A stretch of DNA of 32,154 bases from a virus (taxonomy: Duplodnaviria; Caudoviricetes), in IMG/VR virus record IMGVR_UViG_3300017766_002486, positions 1-32,154 of that record; one strand, written 5' to 3'. A program made the translations under genes and the position numbers. Under the pieces are notes generated by a model. It ran no database searches. It was not told where the DNA came from and worked only from the letters and a program-made list of their open reading frames with translations. Position 1 is the stretch's first letter. Each line of letters begins with the position of its first letter. This document shows positions 8,112-14,958 of this stretch, piece by piece.

Positions 8112-8421
8112 CTACGGACTAGTCAAGGCCGCCGTGATCGCCACGGCCTCCCCGCAGCTGACGGTCGAACAGGTGGCCACCCTTACCGGGCATAACCTGC
8201 GCTCGGTCCGTTGCGCCATCAAGCACCTCGGCCTGCCTGCCTTACGTGAGCGCCGCCCCAAGGGGTCCATCAAGGACCTCGTCCTAGCCGGCCATAACCA
8301 GGGGATGACCGTCCCGCAACTGGCCGAGACCAGCGGGGTTTCCCGTTATACCCTTTACGCTACCTACAGGCGTCTCGGCCTGACCCCCTGCGTGGCTCGC
8401 CAAGGCCGTTCGACCCCATGA
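8089..8421 (+). CDS. tandem HTH DNA-binding protein (110 aa)
   Basis: Two similar units, LTVEQVATLTGHNLRSVRCAIKHLGL and MTVPQLAETSGVSRYTLYATYRRLGL. Likely start MTSKSRAN at 8089. Confidence 0.6.
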   Translation: MTSKSRANYGLVKAAVIATASPQLTVEQVATLTGHNLRSVRCAIKHLGLPALRERRPKGSIKDLVLAGHNQGMTVPQLAETSGVSRYTLYATYRRLGLTPCVARQGRSTP

Positions 8422-8891
8422 CCCTAGTCCTAGCCCTCTCCGCCGCCCTGCTGACCTCTGAGGCCATCCCAGAGCAGACCCTACAGGCTGTCGAACAGGT
8501 CGAGTCCTCGGGCCGTGGGGCGTCCACCCCTCGGGGCGATGGCGGCAAGGCCCTCGGCTGCCTTCAGTGGCACGCCGTAGCGTGGAAGGACTGCTCGGCC
8601 ATCAGGCGCAAGGTTGGGCTGGCGGTCTATCCCTATGCCGACGCGGCTGTGCCGGCCAAGGCCCGCGACTACGCTCGCACCTGGCTGACGGTCCTGAAGG
8701 TCAGGCTCGCCGGCGAGATCGGGCGGCAGCCTTACCCCGGGGAAATCTGGCTGGCTTGGAACCTAGGCTGGTCGGGCTACGCTCGCTACGGTTTCAGCTG
8801 GGCGTATGTCCCCCGCGTCAAGTTCGACAAGGCGCGGCAGGTGAACACGCTGGCTTGGGGCTTGCCAAAACGCCCTGCCGTCGCAAGGTAA
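8418..8891 (+). CDS. lysozyme-like / lytic transglycosylase with N-terminal signal peptide (candidate endolysin)
   Basis: Catalytic Glu motif AVEQVESSG, then GDGGKALGCLQW and LAWNLG (SLT/lysozyme-fold motifs). Hydrophobic N-terminus MTLVLALSAALLTSEA. Confidence 0.7.
   Translation: MTLVLALSAALLTSEAIPEQTLQAVEQVESSGRGASTPRGDGGKALGCLQWHAVAWKDCSAIRRKVGLAVYPYADAAVPAKARDYARTWLTVLKVRLAGEIGRQPYPGEIWLAWNLGWSGYARYGFSWAYVPRVKFDKARQVNTLAWGLPKRPAVAR
8862..8889 (+). promoter_or_regulatory. putative promoter for the small RNA
   Basis: TTGCCA-N16-CAAGGT, the same geometry as the two promoter-like elements in 5240-5349. The predicted start at ~8896 coincides with the 5' end of the stem. Confidence 0.45.
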
Positions 8892-8895
8892 CAGG

Positions 8896-8977
8896 CGAGG
8901 CCCGGACAAAATCAATTGTGCGGGATCGCAACTGAGGGCAGTTCGGGCCTCGGGCCATCCGCAAGGGTGGCCCTTAT
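8896..8977 (+). ncRNA. candidate structured antisense small RNA (~80 nt)
   Basis: Outer stem CGAGGCCCGGAC/GTTCGGGCCTCG (8896-8907/8941-8952). Inner hairpin TCAATTGTG-CGGGAT-CGCAACTGA (8912-8935). 3' hairpin GGGCCATCC-GCAA-GGGTGGCCC. It contains the reverse complement of the ATCCCGCAC start-codon box. Confidence 0.6.
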
Positions 8978-8983
8978 GCTTTA
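8952..8983. terminator. GC-rich hairpin between convergent operons (likely terminator)
   Basis: 9-bp stem with GCAA tetraloop followed by TTATGCTTTA on the plus strand. It abuts the stop codon of the convergent gene; the U-tract is weak. Confidence 0.55.
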
Positions 8984-9468
8984 TACAAGCGGTCGAGGTC
9001 GGCCTTCAGGTAGTAAGCGTTCAGGTGCAGGCCGATGATACCGCGAGGGGTCTTCCAATACTTCGGCTTAAGCCCTGCCCGGGCGACCCGGCCACGCACG
9101 GCCACGTCCGAGACGTTCTTGCTGACCGCGTAATCGACCAGGCGCACCCAGCCCTTGGGGACTTTGTCGGATCGGTGGGCGAACATCTGAGCGGCGGCCT
9201 CCTTGATGGACTTATACGGAGGGACCGGGCGGTAGACGTAGGCCATGTGGCACTGGCCTGTGCCTGACTTGAACTGATGGGGCTGGCGTTCGAGCAGGCC
9301 ACGGCGCTGCAGGTCGAGCGCACGGGAGGATGCGTTGCGCGTGTGCGCCATATCGAGCTCGACGCGGATCTGCTCGACAGTGAACCAGCCCTTGGGGCAG
9401 GGGTAGTCCTTGGGCTCGTTGCTCAGTTCCTTGAGCAGGCGCTGCACGATTGAGTTTGAGTCGGTCAT
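8974..9468 (-). CDS. hypothetical basic protein, possible winged-helix DNA-binding
   Basis: Start MTDSNSIVQ at an ATGA overlap. Internal repeat PKGWFTVEQI / PKGWVRLVDY, each followed by HTH-like segments. Confidence 0.55.
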   Translation of the reverse strand: MTDSNSIVQRLLKELSNEPKDYPCPKGWFTVEQIRVELDMAHTRNASSRALDLQRRGLLERQPHQFKSGTGQCHMAYVYRPVPPYKSIKEAAAQMFAHRSDKVPKGWVRLVDYAVSKNVSDVAVRGRVARAGLKPKYWKTPRGIIGLHLNAYYLKADLDRLYKA

Positions 9469-10211
9469 ACGGATAAGCGCCAAGGCTGGCCGGACATCTC
9501 CAGCGGGTGGATGTAGAGACTAGGCTGGATGCCCGTGTCGCAATACTCGCCATACGCGATGGCCTGCCCCCAGGACAGGGTCTTGCGTCGGCCCTTGGCG
9601 TAGTCGCTTGAGCCCCGCAGCTTGAGCGTGCCGACGTTGATGCCGATCGTGCGGCGGGAGTTACGGGCTAGGGCTATGCCAGGGGAATGGGTATGGCCGA
9701 AGAAGACCGCGTCCGCTTCGACATACATTTCCGCCATGTCCCGAGGCGCTGACTCGTTGTAAATCGTGCCGTGAGTGAACAGCCCCGTGCCGAGCATATA
9801 CTTCTGGAAGACCCCGGTGTAGGGGACGTGGTCGGCCTTCAGCTTCTGGACGGTCTGCTCGATGTCGTGCTTCAGGTATTGGCTCAGCTCGGCCACGACC
9901 TCGTTCTTGGAATGGGTCAGCCGCCAGATGCGGTCCTCGTGGTTTCCGTTGATGACCACATTGAACTCTCCGTCCTCAAGGAAGCGGACGCCACCGGCGA
10001 TGTCAGGGGCGAGGGGTTCGCCATGGCCGGCGCCGCCACCCATCAGGGCCTCGACATCTACGAAGTCCCCGAGGTGGATGCGCTTCGCTCCTGGGCCTTT
10101 GCAGAAGTCGCCCATGAACTTGAGCACGGACTCCCGCGCCACCGGGTCGATGTGATGCCCATGAGAGCAGGACACCGCCGCGAACCGCTTCCACTTCCGG
10201 GTGATGTTCAT
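9465..10211 (-). CDS. calcineurin-like metallophosphoesterase
   Basis: Motifs SCSHG, HLGDFVD, GNHEDR, THG and GHTH. Start MNITRKW at an ATGA overlap. Confidence 0.85.
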   Translation of the reverse strand: MNITRKWKRFAAVSCSHGHHIDPVARESVLKFMGDFCKGPGAKRIHLGDFVDVEALMGGGAGHGEPLAPDIAGGVRFLEDGEFNVVINGNHEDRIWRLTHSKNEVVAELSQYLKHDIEQTVQKLKADHVPYTGVFQKYMLGTGLFTHGTIYNESAPRDMAEMYVEADAVFFGHTHSPGIALARNSRRTIGINVGTLKLRGSSDYAKGRRKTLSWGQAIAYGEYCDTGIQPSLYIHPLEMSGQPWRLSV

Positions 10212-10828
10212 CGGTATAGGCTCATCGACTGGGTGAACTTGCGGGCCCACTGACGGATGGCCTCGACGGAGTTGTCCGGGAAGCAGACCTGCAGGGCGTT
10301 GCCCCTGCGGAAGCAGTCGTGCGCCGCCATCAGCCCGATGGACTCGGCCTCGGCGTTGTTGGCGGGCAGGTTGCCCTGGCGTTCGATGTAGATCGGGACG
10401 AAGGCCCAGCCGCGTTTGACGCAGAGGGCCTCGAGTTTCAGATACTCGTTCTCGTAGCGCATATCCGGCACGAGGATGACCGAGTGTTCGGAGCCTGAGT
10501 CCTTGCAGGTGATGTCGGCCCAGTTGTTGATGTGCTCGATGACCTTGTCCACCCAGACGTTCGGGTTCTGCGTGCGGCAGTATTCCCCGTAGGCAACCAG
10601 CAGCGGACGGAGCGCGGCCTTCTTGGCGGTGTCCTCGGTGAAGGCGTCGATGTTCACGCCCGCCTCGTCGAGGGAAATCTGGAGGGACTCCTTCAGCGCG
10701 TCGGCGAACTTCAGGACGATGCAGGAATACTCCGGCTCGTCTTGTTCGAGCAGCTCGAAGATGGAGTCGGCGAGGGTGTCTTTGCCAGAGCGAGCGAACC
10801 CACTCACAGGTATGAGGACGTGTTTCAT
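10208..10828 (-). CDS. deoxynucleoside monophosphate kinase-like P-loop protein
   Basis: SGFARSGKDT, FADALK, RPLLVAYGEYCR, WVDKV and PDMRYENE match the phage dNMP kinase pattern. Confidence 0.8.
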   Translation of the reverse strand: MKHVLIPVSGFARSGKDTLADSIFELLEQDEPEYSCIVLKFADALKESLQISLDEAGVNIDAFTEDTAKKAALRPLLVAYGEYCRTQNPNVWVDKVIEHINNWADITCKDSGSEHSVILVPDMRYENEYLKLEALCVKRGWAFVPIYIERQGNLPANNAEAESIGLMAAHDCFRRGNALQVCFPDNSVEAIRQWARKFTQSMSLYR

Positions 10829-11328
10829 AGTTTGTAGGAAAGGATGGTTTTGCAGAGTTCTAGCAGTTCATCGTTTGTCATGTTCAATTTGTATCTGTTA
10901 ACCTTCCGGCAAAGCCACTGAAGGTTTGAGCGTTCATTCGTCCCGCCTCTTGATACAGGGATGATGTGATCTAGCTCTGCGGTGCGGTCGAGTCGCTGGC
11001 CAGTGAGAGCGCATCGACCACGCTGTTTATGCCACAGCCAGAAGATGTCATTGGCTACCTGTTTCTTGTCTCCGTTTTCGTTTCTTTTTACACAGGCAAT
11101 TGCCCTGGACATGAAGAACTGACGCGCGGTTCTTTTCTTCTGAACACTTAGCACGCGCTCCTTATTTCTCTTCCTCCAGTTTTTCTCGCATATTCTTAGC
11201 TTCTCTTTGTTGGCGTCGCGCCACGCCTTTATCTTGTCCTTATTATTCTTCTGCCAGTTTTTAACCGACTGCTTAAACCTGTCAGGGTTCTTCTTAATCC
11301 ATTCATTTAATTTAGTCGTTTTGCTCAT
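10825..11328 (-). CDS. HNH endonuclease (probable homing endonuclease, AT-rich insertion)
   Basis: QRGRCALTG...ELDHIIPVSRGGTNERSNLQWLCRKVNRYK with a Lys-rich N-terminal arm. Visibly more AT-rich than its flanks. Start MSKTTKL at an ATGA overlap. Confidence 0.85.
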   Translation of the reverse strand: MSKTTKLNEWIKKNPDRFKQSVKNWQKNNKDKIKAWRDANKEKLRICEKNWRKRNKERVLSVQKKRTARQFFMSRAIACVKRNENGDKKQVANDIFWLWHKQRGRCALTGQRLDRTAELDHIIPVSRGGTNERSNLQWLCRKVNRYKLNMTNDELLELCKTILSYKL

Positions 11329-11585
11329 TTGCGGGAAAGCCTGTAGCCTTGTGCCCATAATACCCGGGCAATGTAGCGCGCGCGGATGGTGACCTTGCGC
11401 TCGCTGTCAGACCATGCGGCTAGGTGCAGCGCTTCGTGGATCGTAGTCTCAAGCAAAAGGAATGGAGGCAACCTGCGATCCAGCAGGATTGTGTTGGTCT
11501 TCTTGTCTGCAAGGCCGTCGAGGTCGCTGGACAACGGAAGACGAAGCACCTTCGGCAGTGGCTTCAGCTTGGCCTTGCGTCCCAT
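11325..11585 (-). CDS. small protein with HExxH (zincin-like) motif
   Basis: DGLAD...ILLD...LETTIHEALH pattern of minimal phage zincin-like proteins. Confidence 0.55.
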   Translation of the reverse strand: MGRKAKLKPLPKVLRLPLSSDLDGLADKKTNTILLDRRLPPFLLLETTIHEALHLAAWSDSERKVTIRARYIARVLWAQGYRLSRK

Positions 11586-11619
11586 GTAAGGAAGTAATGG
11601 GACGCATCTGCAGTTTCAC

Positions 11620-11654
11620 AAACAATAAGCCCCGCCCCCTTTCGAGGGCAGGGC
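11620..11654 (-). terminator. intrinsic terminator after recT
   Basis: Minus strand reads GCCCTGCCCTC-GAAA-GGGGGCGGGGC-TTATTGTTT. Confidence 0.75.
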
Positions 11655-11680
11655 CGGCTACACGGCACTCCTGCGTCAGC

Positions 11681-12466
11681 CTAAATGTCGATGGGTTCGT
11701 CGCCGGCGGGGGCGGCCTCGGGTTCGGTGGCCTTGGCCTTCTTGACCAGGTCCTTCACGGCTTCGGCAGCGGGCTGGACCGGCTGGCCTTCGACCGTGCG
11801 CTGGCCATACTCGGCCTCGTTGTCCTTGCGGATGGCTTCCTGCACGTCACGCGGCAGGCGGGGGAGCCACTTGGCAAGGCGCTTAAAGGCGGTCTTCTTC
11901 CACATCTCCATCGGGTAGGTGGCCCAAGGGCCGGACGAGCCGGAGCGGCTGGCCTTACGGATGGCCTCGACCTCGGCCTTGCTCATCTGGATCGCGGCGG
12001 TTTCCCCGTCCTTGAAGCGGACCATGGCGTAGACCGCGTAGGCTTCGCCCCGGTCCTTGGACAGGTCCACGACGTGCTCTTCGACCTTGCCCAGGTTGAA
12101 CCGATACTTGTCATTCTGGCAGACGATGTCGGCGTGGATGTGGGCGACTTCGCCCGATCGCATGACGAGCGCGAGGATGCCCTTGTAGTCGAACTGCAGG
12201 GTGGCGTCGTTGCCGTAGGGGATGAGGTGGGCGTGGTGGCCGTCAGGCATCAGACCCCACTGTGCGGCCTGCAGGATGACCGAGGCGACGGACTCCTTGG
12301 TGCAGTCCCAGAGCTTGGGGTTCTTGTTGCACGCGGTGATCACGCAGCGCATGAAGCGGCTGGCGTCGTCGGCGTTCGGCAGGGCCTTGGCGACCTGCTC
12401 CTGGAGTCCGGCGGAGCGGACGAGTTCGATGGTGTTCTTCGGGGGGAGTGCGGGTGTGTTGCTCAT
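11681..12466 (-). CDS. recT: RecT-family single-strand annealing recombinase
   Basis: NPKLWDCTKESV, AAQWGLMPD, AHLIPYG, QFDYKGILALVMRSG, GPWATYPMEMWKKTAFKRLAKWLP. Confidence 0.93.
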   Translation of the reverse strand: MSNTPALPPKNTIELVRSAGLQEQVAKALPNADDASRFMRCVITACNKNPKLWDCTKESVASVILQAAQWGLMPDGHHAHLIPYGNDATLQFDYKGILALVMRSGEVAHIHADIVCQNDKYRFNLGKVEEHVVDLSKDRGEAYAVYAMVRFKDGETAAIQMSKAEVEAIRKASRSGSSGPWATYPMEMWKKTAFKRLAKWLPRLPRDVQEAIRKDNEAEYGQRTVEGQPVQPAAEAVKDLVKKAKATEPEAAPAGDEPIDI

Positions 12467-12473
12467 GGGAGAA

Positions 12474-13262
12474 TCAGACGTTGAACTTGGACAGGTCCAC
12501 CTCGATGACGCCCGGGCCGGTCTTCTTGGGCCATGCGATGGGGTCGGCGCCGTGGGTCTTGATGTAGCGATCCATCAGGTCGAGGGCAGCGCGGTAACGC
12601 TTGCGACCGATTTCGATGTCGGCCTCGGTCATCACGAACACCTGGACAAAGATTTCGGGGGCGTCCTTGCCCTCGATGGCGATGAAGGCGAAGCCACGGG
12701 GGCGGCGGCTGGTCACGGCCTCGATGCCGTCGATATAAATGGCGGATTGCCTGTCGTAGCCATACTCCCAGACTGCTCGGCGGTAGGCATAATGCTCTAT
12801 GGAGGTTGTCGTTTTCACGTCCACGAGCAGGCCGTCGTCGCGGTAGCGGTCAGGTCGGCAGCGCATCGGGATGCCGGTGATGGAGTCCTTCCAGAAATAG
12901 GAAGACTCGTTGACCCCTTCGCCGGAGAGTAGGGCGGCGGCTTCATCGTCCTGCTGGACGGCTTCGGCGATGGCGCTCAGCTGCGTGAACTCATCGTGGC
13001 TCACGATCTCCTTGCCCTCGTTAGCCAGGAGGAACTCTTCCTCGCGGGCCTTGGCGCCTTTGCCCTTGTCGAGGCCCTCGGGCATCACGGCCCATTCTTC
13101 GCCGATGAGCTGAGGCTCGAGGATGATAGTGTGGACAAGCGAACCCCAGCGGAGGGAGGGGGTCTTCTTGCGGGGCGTGTTCATCAGACGCGGGGACTCG
13201 AGGAAGCGGGAGAGCTTCGAGTTCGAGACCGCCGGGCTGGCGTGGTAGTCTTTGTTATTCAT
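12474..13262 (-). CDS. RecE/exonuclease VIII-like PD-(D/E)XK nuclease (DUF3799-type)
   Basis: Start MNNKDYHASPAVSNSKL, then GSLVHTIILEP, RCRPD, VDVKTT and YGYDRQSAIY. Directly upstream of recT. Confidence 0.88.
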   Translation of the reverse strand: MNNKDYHASPAVSNSKLSRFLESPRLMNTPRKKTPSLRWGSLVHTIILEPQLIGEEWAVMPEGLDKGKGAKAREEEFLLANEGKEIVSHDEFTQLSAIAEAVQQDDEAAALLSGEGVNESSYFWKDSITGIPMRCRPDRYRDDGLLVDVKTTTSIEHYAYRRAVWEYGYDRQSAIYIDGIEAVTSRRPRGFAFIAIEGKDAPEIFVQVFVMTEADIEIGRKRYRAALDLMDRYIKTHGADPIAWPKKTGPGVIEVDLSKFNV

Positions 13263-13290
13263 GTGCGGGGGGAATTGGTAATACGTTGTT

Positions 13291-14178
13291 TTACTTGTCG
13301 CCACGGATGCGGGGGTGACGGAGGGAGCCATCGGGCGTCTTGCTCTGGAAGGTGACCTCAAGGTAGGAACCGATGACGGTGTCGCGGTTCGCCCAGATAG
13401 TGGCGCGCTGCTCGTCGGTGAAACCGCCGCCGACGCGGACGAGGCGACCGTTGTTCTCGACGACGACGTGGCCCATCGTGCCAGCCAGTCGGCCTTCGCC
13501 TTCATGGACGGAGACCACCGGGCAGTCTTCGGCGTCCACCGCCTTGACCTTCAACCAGGCGTTGGAGCGTTTGCCCTGCGAGTAGGGAGCGTCGAGGTCC
13601 TTGACCATGGCGCCCTCGAAGCCCTGCGAGACGAAGCGACGGAAGGCGTCGTTAGGATTGAGACCGACGAAGGACTCGACCAGCGACACTCGCTTGTCGT
13701 AGTTGAACTTGGCCATCAGCGCACGGCGCTCGCGGTAAGTGCCGATGTCGTCGGGCAGGTCGAGCAGCCAGAGGAAAGCGTCCTTGGCGGGCTCGCTGGA
13801 GCGGATGTCGCCGACCGCGTCGTAGAAGTCAGCGCCGGAGACGGCCTCGCAGTCGAAGGTAAACACGCCCTGCTTGCTGGCAGTGTCAGCGAACCACGCG
13901 CCGAGGTGTTCGATGGACGGGAGCGGGTTGCCGTTGCGGGTCTTGAACGCCACGGCCAGAGTCTGGCGGCAGACTTCCACGATCACGCGGACGCCGTCAA
14001 TCTTCGGCTCGACTGCGTAGGACTCGGGGAGGATGCCCTTGTAGGGCTTGGCCAGCATCGCCGGGGAGAGCGGCGCGGTGGCAGGCTTGCGGGCGCCGGC
14101 ACGGAAGTGCGGCTGGCTTTCAATCATGTTGAAGATGAAAGCATAGAGGTCGGCGTTAGGGTCGGAGGATGAGCTCAT
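13291..14178 (-). CDS. ATP-dependent DNA ligase
   Basis: Motif I EPKIDGVR, FKTRNG, FDCEAV, GFEGAMVKD and WLKVK, with an OB domain (VGGGFTDEQR...LRHPR). Likely start MSSSSDP at 14178, after ATCCCGCACAAC. Confidence 0.9.
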   Translation of the reverse strand: MSSSSDPNADLYAFIFNMIESQPHFRAGARKPATAPLSPAMLAKPYKGILPESYAVEPKIDGVRVIVEVCRQTLAVAFKTRNGNPLPSIEHLGAWFADTASKQGVFTFDCEAVSGADFYDAVGDIRSSEPAKDAFLWLLDLPDDIGTYRERRALMAKFNYDKRVSLVESFVGLNPNDAFRRFVSQGFEGAMVKDLDAPYSQGKRSNAWLKVKAVDAEDCPVVSVHEGEGRLAGTMGHVVVENNGRLVRVGGGFTDEQRATIWANRDTVIGSYLEVTFQSKTPDGSLRHPRIRGDK

Positions 14179-14179
14179 G

Positions 14180-14225
14180 TTGTGCGGGATAGGCAAGGTA
14201 TGCCCGCCCTAGGGGTAGCCGTCAA
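14180..14225 (-). promoter_or_regulatory. putative promoter and ATCCCGCACAA box upstream of the ligase-recombination operon
   Basis: TTGACG on the minus strand at 14225-14220. The -10 is ambiguous (CATACC at 17 nt or TACCTT at 19 nt). The box is at 14180-14190. Confidence 0.5.
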
Positions 14226-14273
14226 GCCCCAAGGGTCAGGTGTCTAGGATGCCCTAGGAAGGGGGCTTAGGGG

Positions 14274-14606
14274 TCAACCCTGCCGTCTACCCCGCCAGAG
14301 CCTGATACCCACCGCCACGGCCACGGCAAGGCATCCAAACGACAGCGCCAGCCCTAGGTCACGGACGGACTGCAGGGCTAGGGTGGCCGAGGACATATTC
14401 TTTTCGAGGTCGGCAGAGTCTGACCGCAGCTTCCCCCCATCGACGACCAGCATCACAAGCGCGTCAGTTGACTGCACCTGGTCAATCACGTAGCCCGCCG
14501 TGTAAGCGGTGGTCACCGAGGCCAGACCGGCAAAGCCTACCAGCAGGCAGACGGCCAGCAGGAGGTTGCCCTCACTTGCGCTTGGCTGATCGCTTGGCTT
14601 TGGCAT
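14274..14606 (-). CDS. two-TM membrane protein (lysis cassette)
   Basis: Hydrophobic segments LLLAVCLLVGFAGLASV and LGLALSFGCLAVAVAVGI, with a basic C-terminus. Start uncertain. Confidence 0.55.
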   Translation of the reverse strand: MPKPSDQPSASEGNLLLAVCLLVGFAGLASVTTAYTAGYVIDQVQSTDALVMLVVDGGKLRSDSADLEKNMSSATLALQSVRDLGLALSFGCLAVAVAVGIRLWRGRRQG

Positions 14607-14958
14607 TGGGCTTGGCAGGCTTGGGGTTGCCAGCGATGCGGTCGGCCTCGCGGTTCGCCCGGGCTTTGACTGCCCTTAGCAGCGCGTCGAGGACTTCTGG
14701 ACTTGCGTAAGAAAGCGCACCGATCGCACCCATCCGCAGGCCCGGGCTGGAGATATACTCGACCAGCACGTAGCCACTGAGGCAGGCCACGCCAGAGGCG
14801 ACCATCACGCGGCGAGCCACCCAGCCCCAGGTATGCTTCTCGTCTGAGAGCATGAGCCTCGATGCCATACTGAACGCCCCGATCGTGGCGGCGACGACGC
14901 CGTCCTTCAGTTCCTTCGGGATGGACTCGGGGTCGATGGGGGGAGGGGGCGGGCTCAT
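14572..14958 (-). CDS. putative holin (LydA-like, ~3 TM)
   Basis: Start MSPPPPPID at an ATGA overlap. Three hydrophobic segments, GALSYASPEVLD and a highly basic tail. Confidence 0.6.
   Translation of the reverse strand: MSPPPPPIDPESIPKELKDGVVAATIGAFSMASRLMLSDEKHTWGWVARRVMVASGVACLSGYVLVEYISSPGLRMGAIGALSYASPEVLDALLRAVKARANREADRIAGNPKPAKPNAKAKRSAKRK

Noticed and set aside
8763-8915. Minus-strand ~50-codon TTG ORF following the ATCCCGCACAA copy at 8916-8926
   Set aside because: It lies antisense to the lysozyme-like gene, has a weak start and sits behind a terminator-like hairpin. The plus-strand RNA structure explains the site better, though this is not formally excluded.
8896-8977. tRNA gene
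   Set aside because: It contains GTTCG but no D-arm/anticodon/T-arm cloverleaf or CCA end; the predicted fold is a two-domain hairpin structure.
11462-14172. Long plus-strand ORFs (11462..12484, 12222..12932, 13315..14172)
   Set aside because: They are antisense shadows of recT, the exonuclease and the ligase, expected from GC-rich codon bias, and have no recognisable motifs.
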